The notes beneath the pieces were generated by a model. The model made no database searches. It was not told the DNA's origin and was given only the letters and a program-made list of their open reading frames with translations. A DNA stretch of 46,747 bases, taken from the NCBI GenBank assembly GCA_046563655.1, contig JAJCTO010000015.1, positions 186,001 to 232,747 on the forward strand. Direction: 5' to 3'. Both the position numbers and the translations under genes were made by a program. This document shows, one piece after another, positions 45,581-46,747 of this stretch; the stretch's first letter is position 1; every line of letters starts with the position of its first letter. The stretch comes from Yuukianura sp. NJ FZ-2021. Taxonomy: Eukaryota.

Positions 45581-45736
45581 AGCCAGAAGGCCGTGACACC
45601 GACTTATCCTCCTGGGGCCTGCACCAGCAGGTGGGCGCCATATATCTGCCGCACTTAAAAAGATTGAACAGACAGGGACAGCTCCCTTGAGGAATTTATT
45701 GGCCTCAGAGATAACAGTCTCTCGGGCCTTCCAGCC
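45581..45736 (-). ncRNA. ssrS: 6S RNA
   Basis: Minus strand has the alphaproteobacterial 6S motifs GGGAGCTGTCCCTG and GGCGCCCACCTG, with a closing stem GGCTGGAAGGCC/GGCCTTCTGGCT; ~156 nt. Confidence 0.85.
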
Positions 45737-45822
45737 CTTCTTTTATAGGCTCTTTTAGCCCCAAAGCGCAAGTTACGAAAAACGTTTTTCTAAGGTGCGC
45801 ATCCCCCTCTCGGATCTAACCT

Positions 45823-46458
45823 TTAGATTTTCAAAGCAAAATTTGCAAGGTAACGCTGTATCTTCTCTTGTAAAAAAGGAACCATTTCTTTTTCAAACCA
45901 AGGATTTTTTGTGAGCCACCCTTGATTACGCCAGCTTGGGTGAGGCAGCGGGAGAAAATCAGGTAAATAATCCCGCCAAGATGCCACAGTCTGAGTCAGA
46001 GAGGGTGCGCGCTTTTCTTTTAAATAATAGGCTTGAGCGTATTGCCCGACCAAGAATGTGAGCTGAATATTGGGAAGATAAGGCTGTGCTTGTGGATGCC
46101 AAAAAGGACCACACAGATGACAGGGAGGATTGTCCCCTCCCCGCGCATTGGTTCCTGGATAACACAATCCCATCGGCAAGAGCGCAAAAAGAGTCGGGTC
46201 ATAAAACTGTTCTCGTGTCACGCTCAACCATTTTCTCAAGCGATCTCCGCTCGCATCATTGAAAGGTGTACCTGTAAGATGGGCGCGCATTCCAGGTGCT
46301 TGCCCTACAAGGAGAAAACGTGCGTCTGAGGAGAGTTGAAAAACGGGCTTCGGCTCAAAGGGCAACTGCTAATGACACAAACGACAAGCGCGTATCTCTC
46401 GCAGAAAAAGATCACAATCAAAGGGCGTTTCAAAATCTCGAGGCGCTACTTCATTCAT
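45823..46458 (-). CDS. Uracil-DNA glycosylase superfamily protein (in-frame TAG at 46369-46371)
   Basis: LREIRACRLCH*QLP, VGQAPG, PFNDASGDRLR, PMGLCYPG, PLPHPSWRN. Confidence 0.85.
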
Positions 46459-46609
46459 GGAATGGATGGCTCCAATATTTTCTTTTCACACCCCTTCCCC
46501 CACAATAGAGATAACCCAAAGGTACTGCAACGTTCTCTTGCGTCAAAGCCACGCCTCGCGTATAAAAAAAGAAGAGAGTGATTTTTGAGAGAAGTGACGA
46601 GAGATTTCC

Positions 46610-46747
46610 ATGAAAAAAGATATTCATCCCGGTTATCATATGATCAAGGTGGTGATGACAGATGGTTCGACCTATGAGACGCGTTCGACATGGGGAAAGC
46701 CTGGCGATACATTACACTTGGATATTGATAACAAAAGTCATCCGGCA
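46610..46747 (+). CDS. rpmE: 50S ribosomal protein L31, partial (cut by the window end)
   Basis: [46 protein letters not shown]; not in the ORF track; Cys-free alphaproteobacterial type. Confidence 0.95.
   Translation, partial: MKKDIHPGYHMIKVVMTDGSTYETRSTWGKPGDTLHLDIDNKSHPA

Noticed and set aside
36044..46639. Many short ORFs antisense to or overlapping the bacterial genes
   Set aside because: They are shadows of well-supported housekeeping genes and carry no motifs of their own.

Overview
This window is a scaffold of four contigs joined by three 100-N gaps (3256-3355, 26356-26455, 35903-36002), and it mixes kingdoms. (1) 1-3255 is a ~414-bp tandem satellite with a ~1.65-kb four-unit higher-order repeat. 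(2) 3356-26355 is a 59-bp AT-rich satellite of ~280 copies. It switches orientation at ~19535 and is interrupted by an intact, apparently very young BEL/Pao LTR retrotransposon (8953-15261, minus strand, 309-bp LTRs, GAAAG target-site duplication, one 1747-aa ORF). (3) 26456-35902 starts with a near-perfect 48-bp array (~78 copies). This runs into a hairpin-rich non-autonomous-element-like segment, a tRNA-Asn-like remnant and ~172-bp palindromic repeats. It then carries a same-strand string of intron-containing animal gene pieces: an unknown gene, a CTDNEP1/dullard fragment and an RpL30 pseudogene. (4) 36003-46747 is gene-dense alphaproteobacterial DNA (gatA, S66 peptidase homologue, lipB, bolA, ispB, rsmE, dapE, dapD, tRNA-Leu, tig, 6S RNA, UDG-family gene, rpmE). 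Its frameshifts sit mostly in homopolymers, which points to a co-sequenced symbiont or contaminant rather than a decayed nuclear insertion. The most interesting leads are the CENP-C/KNL2-like tail on the integrase of a satellite-embedded element, motifs shared by its LTR and the satellite, the gene-capture chimera, the origin of the 48-mer, and a secreted S66 homologue lacking its catalytic Ser. All family assignments come from motif recognition by eye; no searches were run.
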